Assembly: GCF_018350175.1 (NCBI RefSeq)
Contig: NC_058368.1
Span: 66,776,001-66,840,000, forward strand
Reading direction: 5' to 3'
Length of the DNA stretch: 64,000 bases
Source: Felis catus
Lineage: Eukaryota
A program made the position numbers and the translations under genes. Shown here piece by piece: positions 38,901 to 50,600 of this stretch. The number at the start of each line of letters is the position of its first letter. Position 1 is the first letter of the stretch. Under the pieces are notes generated by a model. The model saw nothing but the letters and a program-made list of their open reading frames with translations, was not told the origin of the DNA and did not search any database.

Positions 38901-39112
38901 GCCCTGGGGTGGCCGCCCCTCTACCTGCACCACAGACTCACCCAACCGTCCTGGGAGCAGAATCCAGAAGGCTGTGGTCCCAGTGATCTTAGCAAGTCGA
39001 GCACACTCACGGTCGGGCTTTGAGCCGCTTAAGAAATGCCCGTTTGGATGAGTGTGTTGCGAGGGAAGCACTAGAAAGGGGTTGTATCCTACGATTCGTT
39101 TGAAATGTGAGG

Positions 39113-39265
39113 TATTTGAGAGAGGGGAGACAGAGACAGGGGACAGAGCATCTGAAGCAGGCTCTGCGCCCGACAGCAGAGAGCCCGATACGGGGCTTGA
39201 ACTCATGAACCGTGAGAGTTGACCTGAGCCGAAGTCAGACGCCCAACTGACTGAGCCACCCAGGC
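39113..39265 (-). mobile_element. CAN-SINE lacking its tail
   Basis: Antisense body from the GA tract to gagccacccagg; no poly-T and no TSD. Confidence 0.88.
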
Positions 39266-40124
39266 TCTGCTCTGACAGCTTGTAAAACAAGATGAGAACA
39301 GAGAGTATGACCTCTCCGGGAAAACAGAAGGTTCTAAGCTCCTCCAGTTCTGCTCCCAGCTTCCACCATCCCACAACTTCTCCCTATCTTCCTACCATTA
39401 GGGTAAAGTTTTTTTAATGATTTTCTGGCTCCCCTGGGACTCTCGGGATCAAGGATGAATAACAGCCTCTATTCGGGAAGCTCTCTGGCTTCGAATGGGC
39501 AGCACAACCCACCCCTCCCAGCGGACCTGAGTACAGCCGGTTGTGGGGGATGGGGTTCTCTCTCTCCGCTCAAACCAGCGTAGCACAGGAACAGGAGGAA
39601 CTTCTCCACCACCCACACACACCAAGGCAGGGTTTTCCACAGCAATCACCTTGCAGTCTAAAATGGTCTTCCGCTGATGGATTCCAAAGTGGCTTTCGTC
39701 CTGTTGGTATATTTTCCAAAATGTGAATATACGAAGTATACAGGTATTTTATTATATGATGCTTTTAACTACAAAGAATTTCTCCAGGATGCATTCATTG
39801 CAGGTGGGAGGAAAGAATGTGCCCTACACCTTCTCTCTTGGGGGACCCTGAGGAGCAGTCGTGAGTCCTGGCCTCCCTGCCTCCAGACTCCCCTCCTGCC
39901 CCTGCAGCCGAGGGTGAGTTAACTACTGGGGTGTGGTCAGGATGCGGCACCCGTTATCGGGGGCCTCACAGGCGTGTCTCCCGGAGTCCAGCTGTGACAG
40001 TGATAGAAGTCCCTGTTCTTGAAGGCCGTCATGGCGGCCCTCAGTAATACTAACAAAATTCTTGGTGACATGTGGGGAATAAAAAAATAGAAGGATTCTC
40101 TGACGGAAGCACAGCTCTGCCATA

Positions 40125-40328
40125 TTTTTTTTTAAGTTTATTTATTTATTTTGAGAGAAAGAGGGAGACAGCATGGACAGGGCAGAGAGAGAGGGAGAAA
40201 GAGAGAGCATCCCAAGCAGGCTCCACACTGCCAGCACAGAGCCCGACGTGGGGCTCAAACCCATGAACCGTGAGATCATGACCTGAACTGAAGTCAGATG
40301 CTTACCCAACTGAGCCACCCAGGCAGCC
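40125..40328 (-). mobile_element. CAN-SINE
   Basis: Antisense body; TSD CT(G/A)CCATATT. Confidence 0.94.
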
Positions 40329-40357
40329 AGTACTACCATATTGTAAGAAAGGCTGCA

Positions 40358-40524
40358 GGGGCGTCTGGGTGGCTCAGTCGTTTAAGCGTCCGACTTTGGC
40401 TCGGGTCATGATCCCATGGTTCATGGGTTCAAGCTCCACATCAGGCTCTGTGCTGACAGCTCTGAGCCTGGAGCCTGTTTCAAATTCTCTGTCTTCCTCT
40501 CTCTCTGCCCCTCTGCTACTCATG

Positions 40525-40563
<39 letters not shown>

Positions 40564-40600
40564 TCTGTCAAAAATAAATAAACATTTAGAAAAACCAAAA
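40358..40600 (+). mobile_element. CAN-SINE
   Basis: Full body with a long (CT)n; TSD AAGAAAGGCTGCAG at 40345-40358 and 40601-40614. Confidence 0.96.
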
Positions 40601-40904
40601 AAGAAAGGCTGCAGAAATTTAAAGCCCACTGGTGGTACAAGGCAGGGTGACCTCAATTTAAGCAAATTAGGACCATCTGGACCTAGAAAAAGATGAAATC
40701 GTCATGTCTACTTAACAAAAGGTTTTTCTCTATGGAAAAGTCACCCACAGAATTTCTTTACATAGGCACTTCCATTGTAGATGACACGGTTACATAGCTT
40801 GGTCCTGTCACTCCACTGTCTAGGTCACTTTGGACAGGTTTGTTGACTCAGTTCCCATATCACGAAAGTCAGGGGCTGATAATGCTCACCTCAGAGGATT
40901 ATTG

Positions 40905-41656
40905 TGAGCACTAAAACTAAATAGATACAAATCCAAACTACAATGAGATACCACTTCGCATCCATCAAGGTGGCTATTAACAAAGACACGGAGAAATCAA
41001 CACCTCCACGCAGGGCTGGGAGCGTAAGTGCAGGTGCTGCGGACAACCACCCAGCGGGTCCTCCGAAATCAAGACAGAGAATTGCCATATGATCCAGCAA
41101 TTCCACTCCCAGGCATATATCCAGAAGAATTGAAAGCAGAAACCCAGACAATATTTACACACCAGTGTTCATAGGAGCATTATCCACAATAATCAACGGT
41201 GGTAGCAACTCAAAGGTCTATCAGTGAGTGACTGAGTGAGCGAGGTACTGTATACACACGCCATGGAGTATTACTCTGCCCTTAAAAGGACTGCAGTGCC
41301 ACAACATGAGTGAACCATGAGGACATTGTGCTAAGGGAACTAAGGCAGACACAAAAGGACAAATGCTCTATGATTCTACTACACGAGGTACCTAGAATGA
41401 TTAGTTCATACAGACAGACAGTAGAATGTTAGTTACCAAGAGCTGGAGTGGGGAGAAGTGGGGAACTGGAGTGGGGAGGCATGGGGAGTTACTATTTAAT
41501 AGGTATAGAGTTTCTGTGTTGGGTGATGACAAAGTTCCGGAAATGGAGAGTGGTGGTGGTTGCAAACCACTGTGAAGGTTCTTAATGCCACTAAATTATA
41601 TGCTGAAAATGGCTAAAGAGGTGAACCTTACATCTATTTTACCACAATTTAATAAA
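40905..41656 (+). mobile_element. L1MB-type 3' end
   Basis: aaactacaatgagataccact, ccatatgatccagcaattccactcc, cagacacaaaaggacaaat, ending ttttaccacaatttaataaa. Confidence 0.9.
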
Positions 41657-42094
41657 TGCCAAAAAATACTAAATCAGTTTTCAAAATAACTTCTGGGGCT
41701 GATGTTCCCTATACACTATTTGAACCTGAATCCTTTGACTTCTACAAAATCACGTCTTGCCCAGAGTTTCAGGACCTGTCCTCATTCCACGCACCTTCAG
41801 TCGACGTCGCTCTGGGCAACACATTAGACTCTCTTGGGGCCCTCCTGAAATGTACTGCTGCCAGGACCTCAGCCCACAGGGTGGCCTGCGAGCAGTATCA
41901 TGTGTTTACTCTAGGGTGCTGCGCCAGTATTTTCATCTTCGTGTGCGCCATGATGCACGAATGTTTGGAAGCGTCGCTCGAGGGAAGTCCTCTAAAATGA
42001 GCAAGGAAGGGCCGGCAGCTTGACAGCCGCTGGTGACCCTCGGAGGGATAATCTTGGAAAACTTAATATTTATGGGGCAGTTTTAATCTGCTTG

Positions 42095-42250
42095 GGTACA
42101 CATATCATCCCACTGAATGGTCTATGAATCCCATTTTACAGATGAAGAAACTTAGACTCAGGGGTACTAAGTAGCCTGTCTAGGTTACCCGTTACGGAAC
42201 ATGTGTGAGGAGCTGCCTGAATGCAGGTCTGGGTCTGACCCCGAAGCCTT
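42095..42250 (-). mobile_element. MIR
   Basis: cccattttacagatgaagaaacttagactcag. Confidence 0.8.
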
Positions 42251-42993
42251 CGGCTTTGCCTCTCCAGTCTTCCTCAGCTTTCTACTCTCTTGGCCCCAGC
42301 ACCCGAGCTGAACTTCAAAGCGGGCTAGAACCAAATCCCAAATCAGGGACGGGCCAGCCACTGGAAATGACCCGGGGCTCCAGGCAAGAGCCAGCGCCCG
42401 CCTTCCCCACTTCGTCCTTCCAAGATCTAATGTGCTATTTCTTGTGTCTGGGTCACAGGCGTGGGACTCCATCTGGAACCATGTAACCCCTCCCCTGCTG
42501 CCCTTTTCTTTTATAAAATAACTAGAACTGGATCCCCCTGAGAAGTGAACCTGCATGAACCCAAGACCCTGCGAGCTCTAAGCTACAGCTTTACCTGATA
42601 AATCCCATCTGGATCCCTTTCCTGCCGGGCTATCTAATGAATGTGTTCACTTACCTCCAATTTAATGATCATTTCTCCTTTGCTGACAACAGAAATGATG
42701 ACCATTAAGTTAACTAAGTTTTAGATACATGCACTTGTGGAGTGGCCCGAACAAAGAGGTGTCATCTATTCAGGTCTGAGACAGGAGGGAGGGAAGTTAG
42801 ACCAATGTACTGCTTAGTACATGACGACAGACATACTTACATCACGTAACTAAATCCATGCTCATTTAGTGCCATCCTTTGTTAGGTGTATATTTTATGC
42901 TATTCAGCAGAAACCCAGGACAAAGTTTGCAGAAGGGTATGTTGTACCTCTGATCAATAACAGAGCCAATGAATGCAGCAAGATGAAATTTGC

Positions 42994-43217
42994 GGGGCAC
43001 CTGAGTGGCTCAGTCGGCTAAGCGTGCAACTCTTGATTTTGGCTCAGGTCATGATCTCACAGTCGTGAGAGCGAGCCCCGCATTAGGCTCTGCTCTGACA
43101 GCACAGAGCCTGCTTGGAATTCTCTCTCTCTCCCTCGCTCTCTGCCCCTCCCCCGCTTGTGCGCCCTCTCTCTCTCTCTCTTTCTGTCTCTCTCAAAAAT
43201 AAATAAATTTTTTAAAA
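42994..43217 (+). mobile_element. CAN-SINE
   Basis: Full body; TSD AAGATGAAA. Confidence 0.94.
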
Positions 43218-43573
43218 AAGATGAAACTCTCCTACCTAGCTCTCCTGGCACTGGAGACCCATTGCAATGCCAATACTCATTTTTAGGTGCCCAAAACAGC
43301 CTTAGAAAAAGTCAACTTTTAGAGTTAAAGTTCCCAGGGTACTTTTGTTGGAGGTATTTGATAGCAGCTCTACAAAGTCTGGGTCTGACCAGGTCACTGT
43401 CCTCTGGGACAGTGTTCATTTTCACATCCCTGGCTATATTTTAAAGTCACATTATTTACTAGAAAATACTATTGTGCCGCTCCAGGGCTTGGTCTTCTCA
43501 ACAGCACAGGCAGCAAAGACTGTCACTTGGACCAAGCAGGGAATCATTCAGCATGAGCATGAGTAAAAATTCA

Positions 43574-43752
43574 GGGGCGCCTGGGTGGTCCAGTCAGTTA
43601 AGGGCCCAACTTCAGCTCAGGGCATGATCTCACGGTTTGTGAGTTTGAGCCCCACATCGGGCTCACTGCTACCGTGCAGAGCCCACTTTGGATCCTCTGC
43701 CTCCCTCTCTCTTCACTCTCTCCCCTCCTTTCCTTCCTTTAAAAAAAAAAAA
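43574..43752 (+). mobile_element. CAN-SINE (short type)
   Basis: GGGGCGCCTGGGTGG head, A12 tail; probable TSD AAAATTCAG at 43566-43574 and 43771-43779. Confidence 0.9.
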
Positions 43753-43787
43753 CACTTCACTTTTTACCTGAAAATTCAGACACTGCC

Positions 43788-44220
43788 TGTTATGGGGTCA
43801 ACTGTGTCCTCACCAAAAGACGTGTTGAAGTCTTAACCCCACGTTCGCCTGTGAATGTGACCTCATTTGGAAATTACTTTGCAGAAGTAATCAAATAAAG
43901 ATGAGGTCATTAGTATGGGCCCTAATCCAATATGACCGGTGTCCTTGCAAAGAGAGGAAAATGCCAGGTGAAGGCAGGGACACCCAGGGAGAAGGCCAGG
44001 TGACCATGGAGGCAGGGACTGAGTGCTGTAGCTAGAAGCAAGGAATGCCAAGGATCGACTGCTCCACCAGAAGCTGGGAGAGGCGAGGAAGACTCCCCAG
44101 AGCCTCAGAGGGAGTTGCTTAGCACCTTGATTTGGGACTTCTGGCCTCCAGAACTCTGAAGGAATCATTTGTGCTGTTTTAAGCCCCCGAGTTGGGTGTG
44201 CTCTACTACAGCAGCCCTAG
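43788..44220 (+). mobile_element. MLT1C-like solo LTR (ERVL-MaLR)
   Basis: tgttatgggg...gaatgtgacctcatttggaaa...gatgaggtcat...ccagaagctgg...ggacttctggcctccagaact...cagcagccctag. Confidence 0.9.
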
Positions 44221-45364
44221 CCCAGTAGTGCGCTGGCCTTTCCTTAAGAGTCCATTTGGCTTGGTATCTGCATTTAAAGTGTCTACACGTTGTCGATGAG
44301 CGATGGTCTTCCATATTGTGTCCTTTCATTTGGTTTTGAGGCAAATTAATTAACATGATACAGAAAAGAGAGAATACAAATGCTGAAGCCCTCACTTTAA
44401 GCCCTCATACTCCTTTGTTCTCCATTATTGCACCAAATTATTTAATTGGGTCTCTCTGATTGTGCTCAGACACAGAAAAGAACACAGTCTATTGTGAAAC
44501 GCCCCAGAACCATAATGCAATATCAAATTCAATTCCCATCCAAGTGCTCGCTGCTAAAAGCCTGTTCTGTGGCTGCAGATTAATGAAGATCTGCATTGAG
44601 CAAAGTGGTGGTCGTAGAGACATTATTTTCCTCCAATAGAAGGCCTATTCTTGAAGAACAATAAAAGCATAGAGAAGCGTTAGTCTGCTTATGGATAGAA
44701 ATAAATCAAAATGAATAAGAGGGTTGATGGAAACAGTCTGAAAGCAGCAGAGTGCAATTCTGAAAATACTGTTTTTGTTTTGTGAGGACATTTTCTTTCC
44801 GTCCCCCCACCAGCACCCCCACCCCCAGACCCTCGTAAAATGCTGCTGGGTGCAGGATCAAAAGCTGTGGAGTGAAGGACAAATCTGAACATTTAAAAGC
44901 CAGTTCTAGATAATCAACATTTTATAAATGCAATTCAGGCCGGCCTTGCTGTGTATAGTCACAATGGGGAGACAGAGGGAGGGGACTTTGGTGTGATATT
45001 TGGGCAGGGGAACCACACCCAGAGAGGTGACAATTGTAAGGATGTCTGGCAGTGATGTGCTGCTTTCCGCAATCGCACACTGGGTCGATTCTTGTTCTCT
45101 CTCCTCCCATTCTCCTTAGATGGTGGAGCTTTCTACTCTTCCCTTCTCTCCCATATCTCAATATTCCCAAAGGCATTTTGCCTTGAAATGGCCCATTCTC
45201 GTCTCCCTGCCCCCCATCCAGATTTTAAACCCCATCCTAAATTCCATAAAGAATCACCCAGCCTGACACGATCAGCCTTCATTAATCTCTGCCCCTTCCT
45301 AATATCCTAAGACACATGTTATCCATACTGCCCCTTTGACACAGGTGAGTCTTAAAACACATAC

Positions 45365-45651
45365 CTGGGCCACCCAACACGGTAGCCACCAGCCACATGG
45401 GGCTACTGAGCACTTGAACAGTGGCCAGTCCGAATTGCGATGTGCTATGAGTATAAAGTGCATACTAGATTTCAAAGAGATAGTACAATAAAAAAGTATG
45501 AAATACCTCAGCACTTTTTAAAGTTTGATTACGTGGTGAAATGATATTTTGGTTATACTGGGCTAAATAGAATATATTGTCAAAATTAATTGCCCCTGTT
45601 TCATTTTACTCTTTTTTTTTTTTTAATGTTTATTTTTGAGAGAGAACGCAC

Positions 45652-45695
<44 letters not shown>

Positions 45696-45906
45696 AGGGG
45701 AGGGACAGAGGATCTGAAGCTGGCTCTGTGCTGATAGCAGTGAGCCTGGTACAGGGCTCGAACTCACAAACCGTGAGATCATGACCTGAGCCGAAGTCAG
45801 AAGCCTAACCCACTGAGCCGCCCACGCATCCCTCTACTAGAAAATTTTAAACGGCATAGGTGGTTCACCTGTGTGACTTGAATTCTATCTCTATTGGAGA
45901 GTGCTG
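45365..45906. mobile_element. MER33-like hAT-Charlie MITE split by a CAN-SINE
   Basis: ggtagccaccagccacatggggctactgagcacttgaa...; ends ctattggagagtgctg (TIR-like). Confidence 0.85.
45612..45832 (-). mobile_element. CAN-SINE with an expanded (GA)n
   Basis: Antisense body placed in the T-run of the MER33-like element. Confidence 0.92.
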
Positions 45907-46559
45907 CCATATGCAATTGAAGATGCAGGCCATCTACGGCCATCTCAAGTAGTGGCATCCTAAGCCAGTATTATAAATACAAGGGACTGATTCTGGTATC
46001 ACCATAAGATACCAAGCTCTCCAAAGTCCAATCCCAAGCATCCTTGCACTCAGCCTCTGCGTGGCACCTGCTCTTCCTAAGCCCTGCAAAACCTGCTTTT
46101 CCAGGCCAGGCAACTGGGCCTGACTTCATACTGCCTTCCCCTTCGCACCCCTTTCCTCCTCGGGAGGCATTCCACCCTCTATCCTTTCATGCCATCGTGC
46201 CCCGCGTGTTGTTTCCATTGCATCCTATCAAAGATCCATGGGCAGTCAGTGTGAATGATTATGTTTAGTGACTGATTATGTGCAGCCTCCCTGCGAGGCT
46301 TTTTAGCAAAGGCAGAAACCTCTGTGTTGGGCTTCGGGCAAATGAAGCTCTGACTGAATAGCCATATGCAATAGGACGCCAATGAGGGAGACGGGTTTTA
46401 GACACTAACTCGGGGGCAAGCCCCCGAAGCCCCAGCACTCTTCATTCTCATTGGCCTGTGAACTCAGAAGAGAGGCATCCACAAAGATTCCTGCGGGAAC
46501 CAGTGTGAGGCTCTACTCTCTGACCAGAGGCTGGTCTCCTGTGGGTTTCTATCACCACT

Positions 46560-48900
46560 GCTCACCGATGTCTCCTCTCTGTCCACATCACAGTCATTAT
46601 TGATCTTTTAGACAATGTCTGTCGGCTCTGGTTCATCTTCCTCTCCCCTCCTATATTCTCCTCATTGTTGGTGACATCCTCCCCCTCACTGACAAGCCTT
46701 CTCTGCAACACGTGGGCGTCGTGTTGGCTCATCATCTCAACGCTGCAACCTTCCTCCCCAAAGGGTTTCCAATGCTCACGATGTTACCACACAGAGGACC
46801 TCGATTCAGGTCAGTTTGTCCCATCCCCGAGATCTTGAACTCAGTGCTTCCCCTTCATCACCACAGCCGGGTCCTTCCATGTTGTCTGTACCCATTCACC
46901 TAGTCCCTCAGTCCCTCTCCATTCTGCCAGAATATCTGCCTTCCTTGGCCTCACCCCTGATGCCTACCCTGTTTGACTTCTTGATCGGTCTCTGCAATAG
47001 ACTCCCTTTCACCCTGCAAAACCTCCTTCACCTTGACCTTCTGCTGGGCAGGTCCACCTTCCCTGTTTCCAGCCTGATCTCATCCAGACTGCTGAGGTTT
47101 TCAGATGAGACAGTACAATCTATACAATGTCATCTGCCACTAATACTGCTCTTAATACGCTTATTTTTTATTGTACATATTAAGATGTACAACTTCCTGA
47201 TGTGATATAGGCACACATTGTGAAACAATCACTACCAGTAAGCTAATTAACATGGCCATCACCTCAAACAGTTGCCATTTTTCTTTTTATGAGATGAGAA
47301 CACTTAGGATTTACCCTCTGAGCAAATTTCAAGTACACGGTATGATATTACTGATAATCGCCATGCTACCCATCAGATCTCCAGAATTTGTTCCTCTGCA
47401 TAACGGAAACTCTGTGCCCCTTGACCGACACTCCCCCTCTCCTCCTCCCCTGACAACCCCCGTTCTACTCTTCACTTGTACGTATTTGACCATCTTAGAT
47501 CCGACATAAAAATGGGGTCATACGGTATTTGTCTTTCTGTGTCTGACTCACTCACCATAATGTCCTCCAGGTCCAGCCATGTTGTGACGAATGGCAGGCT
47601 GGCCTTCTTTTTCAAAGCCAAGTATTATTCTATTGTGTGTAGATACCACGTTTTCTGTACCCATTCGCTCTGGCTTCGTAGCTGATAACCCTTTGAGCTC
47701 TTCTTGTAATTCGCTTCTAATTGCATTTCTATCCTTAAGCCATTTCTCTCTCAACTTAGAATTTGGCCTTCACCTCATGACTCTTTCTGCATAAATTCAC
47801 CTATCACAGAGGAAATCAACACCACTCAATTCCAAGTTCCTTAATTTCCCTCATCTGTACCTCTGCCTTTATGTCTACATCATTAGAAATGCTTCATTCA
47901 CTCTTTTCTGGAGAAGAGGTGCCCGTCCCCCTTTAGCACACAACACGCCTCCTGCCACCTCCAGAAATGTTCTCTACCAACTTTGCGTTCTCTTTTTCTA
48001 GCATCTTCAATCTCTCCCTTTTCCCTGGCTCTGCCTACTCCGTTCCAAAAATCTTTTCCCGGACACTTCCGTCCTACTGCGATTCTACTTCCACCGCTGT
48101 CTTTAAAAGGTATCCTACACTTGCATTTCATTTCTCCTTATGTCTCTTCAACCTTGCATTTGGGCTTTATCCCCCTAGACGATCTCATGAAGATTACCTC
48201 CTATTCAAATGACCCAGTCCCCACATACCTATCTTCACGTTAGTCCATCTTGCTACAGCCTTTGACATCACTGACACTTCCTACCTTCTGTTTAGGTTTT
48301 GCCTCTGATACACTTCCCTGGGTCTCCTCTTAAGTTTCTAAAGTTCCTCCCATGTCTTTGTATGACTCTGCTTTCTTTCCTTACCCCCTCAACATAGGTC
48401 CCCAAAATTCTATCTGAAGCTCTCTACTCACACACTGACTCTTGTTATTCAACTGTCAGTTTAGTACGGAAAACTCCTACACACACATGCATGCGTGTGC
48501 TCACACACGCTCACACACGCACACACACACACATGCACTGGCGAGATCTCACTCCCAACCACTAGGCCTGATAGCGGCGTGGCCCGTGGCTCGTCTCCCG
48601 CACTTTTCATGAAGGAGAATCTGTCTTCTTCTCATATCATCTCATCCTTCTGACTGCCCATGTCTCTTGTGCAGCCACTGGTACTTGGAATCACAGAGTC
48701 CTCTTTGACTCCTGCTTTCCTATCTAATCACACCCCATTGATTCTGTCTCAGCCGGGTTCTCTCTACTGCTATGTCTTTCCATTTTCACAATGTCACTTC
48801 CATTAACCTTAATAATGTCTTCCTTGGATTGATAGCAAAAAGCACCAGAACTGGGTTTATACATATCCTAATTGATTGACCACAATTTTGCATCAGTAAA
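46560..48900 (+). mobile_element. Long degenerate L2, interrupted by an L1MA-type insertion
   Basis: C/T-rich L2-like segments (catcttcaatctctccctttt; cagcctttgacatcactgacact; gagtcctctttgactcc). Boundaries approximate. Confidence 0.65.
47160..47668 (-). mobile_element. L1MA (L1MA9-like) 3' end
   Basis: aagctaattaacatggccatcacctca...gagaacacttaggatttaccctctgagcaaatttcaagtac...gtatttgtctttctgtgtctgact. Confidence 0.9.
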
Positions 48901-48956
48901 GGGGCTTCTGAAAATCAGTGTCTCAACAACAGCTTCACTCTAATGGACACATTTCT

Positions 48957-49152
48957 GGGGCGCTCAGTCAGTTAAGTGTCTGTGACTCTTGATTCCTGCT
49001 CAAGTCGTGATCTCACCTTGTGGGACCGAGTCCGCAGTCAGGCTCCATGCTGAGTGTAGAGCCTGCTTGAGATTCTCACTCCCTCTCCCTCTAACCCTCT
49101 CCCCTGCTTACATGCTCACTCTCTCTCAAAAATTAAAATTAAAATTAAAACA
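48957..49152 (+). mobile_element. CAN-SINE (first of three tandem copies; head deletion)
   Basis: ggggcgctcagtcag head lacks CCTGGGTG; tail is (AAAATT)n. Confidence 0.9.
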
Positions 49153-49301
49153 GGGGTGTCTAGGTGGCTGAGTCAGTTAAGCGTCTGACTTCAGCTCAGG
49201 TCATGGTCTCACAGCTCATGAGTTCGAACCCCACGTCAGGCTCTGTGCTGACAGCTCAGAGCCTGGAGCCTGCTTCAAATTCTGTTTCCTCTCCCACTCA
49301 T

Positions 49302-49348
<47 letters not shown>

Positions 49349-49372
49349 CTCAAATATAAATAAACATTTAAA
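49153..49372 (+). mobile_element. CAN-SINE (second of three)
   Basis: Full head and body, long (CT)n, AATAAA tail. Confidence 0.94.
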
Positions 49373-49618
49373 GGGCGGAGCAACTGGGTGGCCCAGTCGG
49401 CTGGGCTTCCACCTCTTGATTTCAGCTCAGGTCTTAATCTCACCATTTGTGAGTTTGAGCCCCGTGTCGGGCTCCACGCTGACAGTGTGAAGCCTGCTTG
49501 GGATTCTCACTCTCTGTGTCTCTCTGCCACTCCCCTACTCGTGCTCTCTTCCTCTCTTTCTTTCTCTCTAAATGAATAAACCTTAATGCAAATAAAAAAT
49601 AAAGATAAAAACATTTTT
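49373..49618 (+). mobile_element. CAN-SINE (third of three)
   Basis: Diverged head ctgggtggcccagtcgg, body and A-rich tail. Confidence 0.9.
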
Positions 49619-49829
49619 TAATGGACACATTTCTTATCAGTCAATCAGCAACAGTCCCACCAGAGTATCCACCCAAACTGTCATAGCTAAAGGTCAAGCA
49701 ATTTCTAAACACCTCCATTTTGGGAAAAACCCACCAATCACTGAACATCACCCTTCTTCCCCAAATCCTGTATAAAACCGGGTATCAGTCTTATGCTCAA
49801 GTCACGAATGGATTTTCCCAGAAAAATCC

Positions 49830-50600
49830 CATAGTGAATGTGAATTTGTCATACTTCTCCCTATATTTCTACCAGTTTTTGACTTATACGTTTGGAAGAT
49901 GTATCATTTGATACCAAAAAGATTTAAGGTCATTCTGTCTTTTGGTTGATTGTACTTATACAATATGAAGCATCTTTCTTTCTTTCTTCCATTTAATGCT
50001 TCACATTGAATTTGATTTGATCTGACATATTGCTACATCATTTTATTTTTCTTCTATTTGTCTATTATATATTTTGCCACAAAATTTACTTTCAACTCCT
50101 TCATTTATTGTTTATTTTTCTTTATTTTTTGAGGGGGGGCCCGAGTAGGTCAGGGGCAGAGAGAGAGAGAATCACACACAGGCTCCGTGCTGTCAGTGCA
50201 GAGCCCAAAGCAGGGTTTGAGCTCACCCGACTCATGAGGGACTCAAACTCATGACCTGTGAGATCATGGCCTGAACCCAAGTTGGATGCTTAACACACTG
50301 AGCCACCCAGGCACTCCCATTTATTGTTTAAAAGATGTACTTTTAATAAATAACATAGAACAAGATTATGTTTTTTTTACTCTGAAAATTCCTTTCAAGT
50401 AACAGAGAAAGTTGATTCCTCCATATTTATTGTGATTTCTGATATATTTGGGCTTACTCATGCCATCTTATTTTATGTTTTCTAAATATGTTTGATTGTT
50501 ATTTTTTCCCTTTTATTCTGCTGCCCATTTGCTCATTGGATTGAATTTTATTTTCTTGTTGTTGTTTCTTTTTTCTGGCCCCTACAGTGGCTTGGGAGTT
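49830..50600 (-). mobile_element. Old L1M ORF2 fragment split by a SINE
   Basis: Antisense L1 motifs (tctgacatattgctacatca...tttactttcaact; tttattgtgatttctgatatatttgg). Confidence 0.6.
50115..50317 (-). mobile_element. CAN-SINE variant (duplicated B-box segment)
   Basis: TSD CATTTATTGTTTA at 50102-50114 and 50318-50330. Confidence 0.93.

Noticed and set aside
41445..41490. G-rich GGGGA repeats as a special G4 element
   Set aside because: This is the ordinary G-rich tract of the L1 3' UTR.
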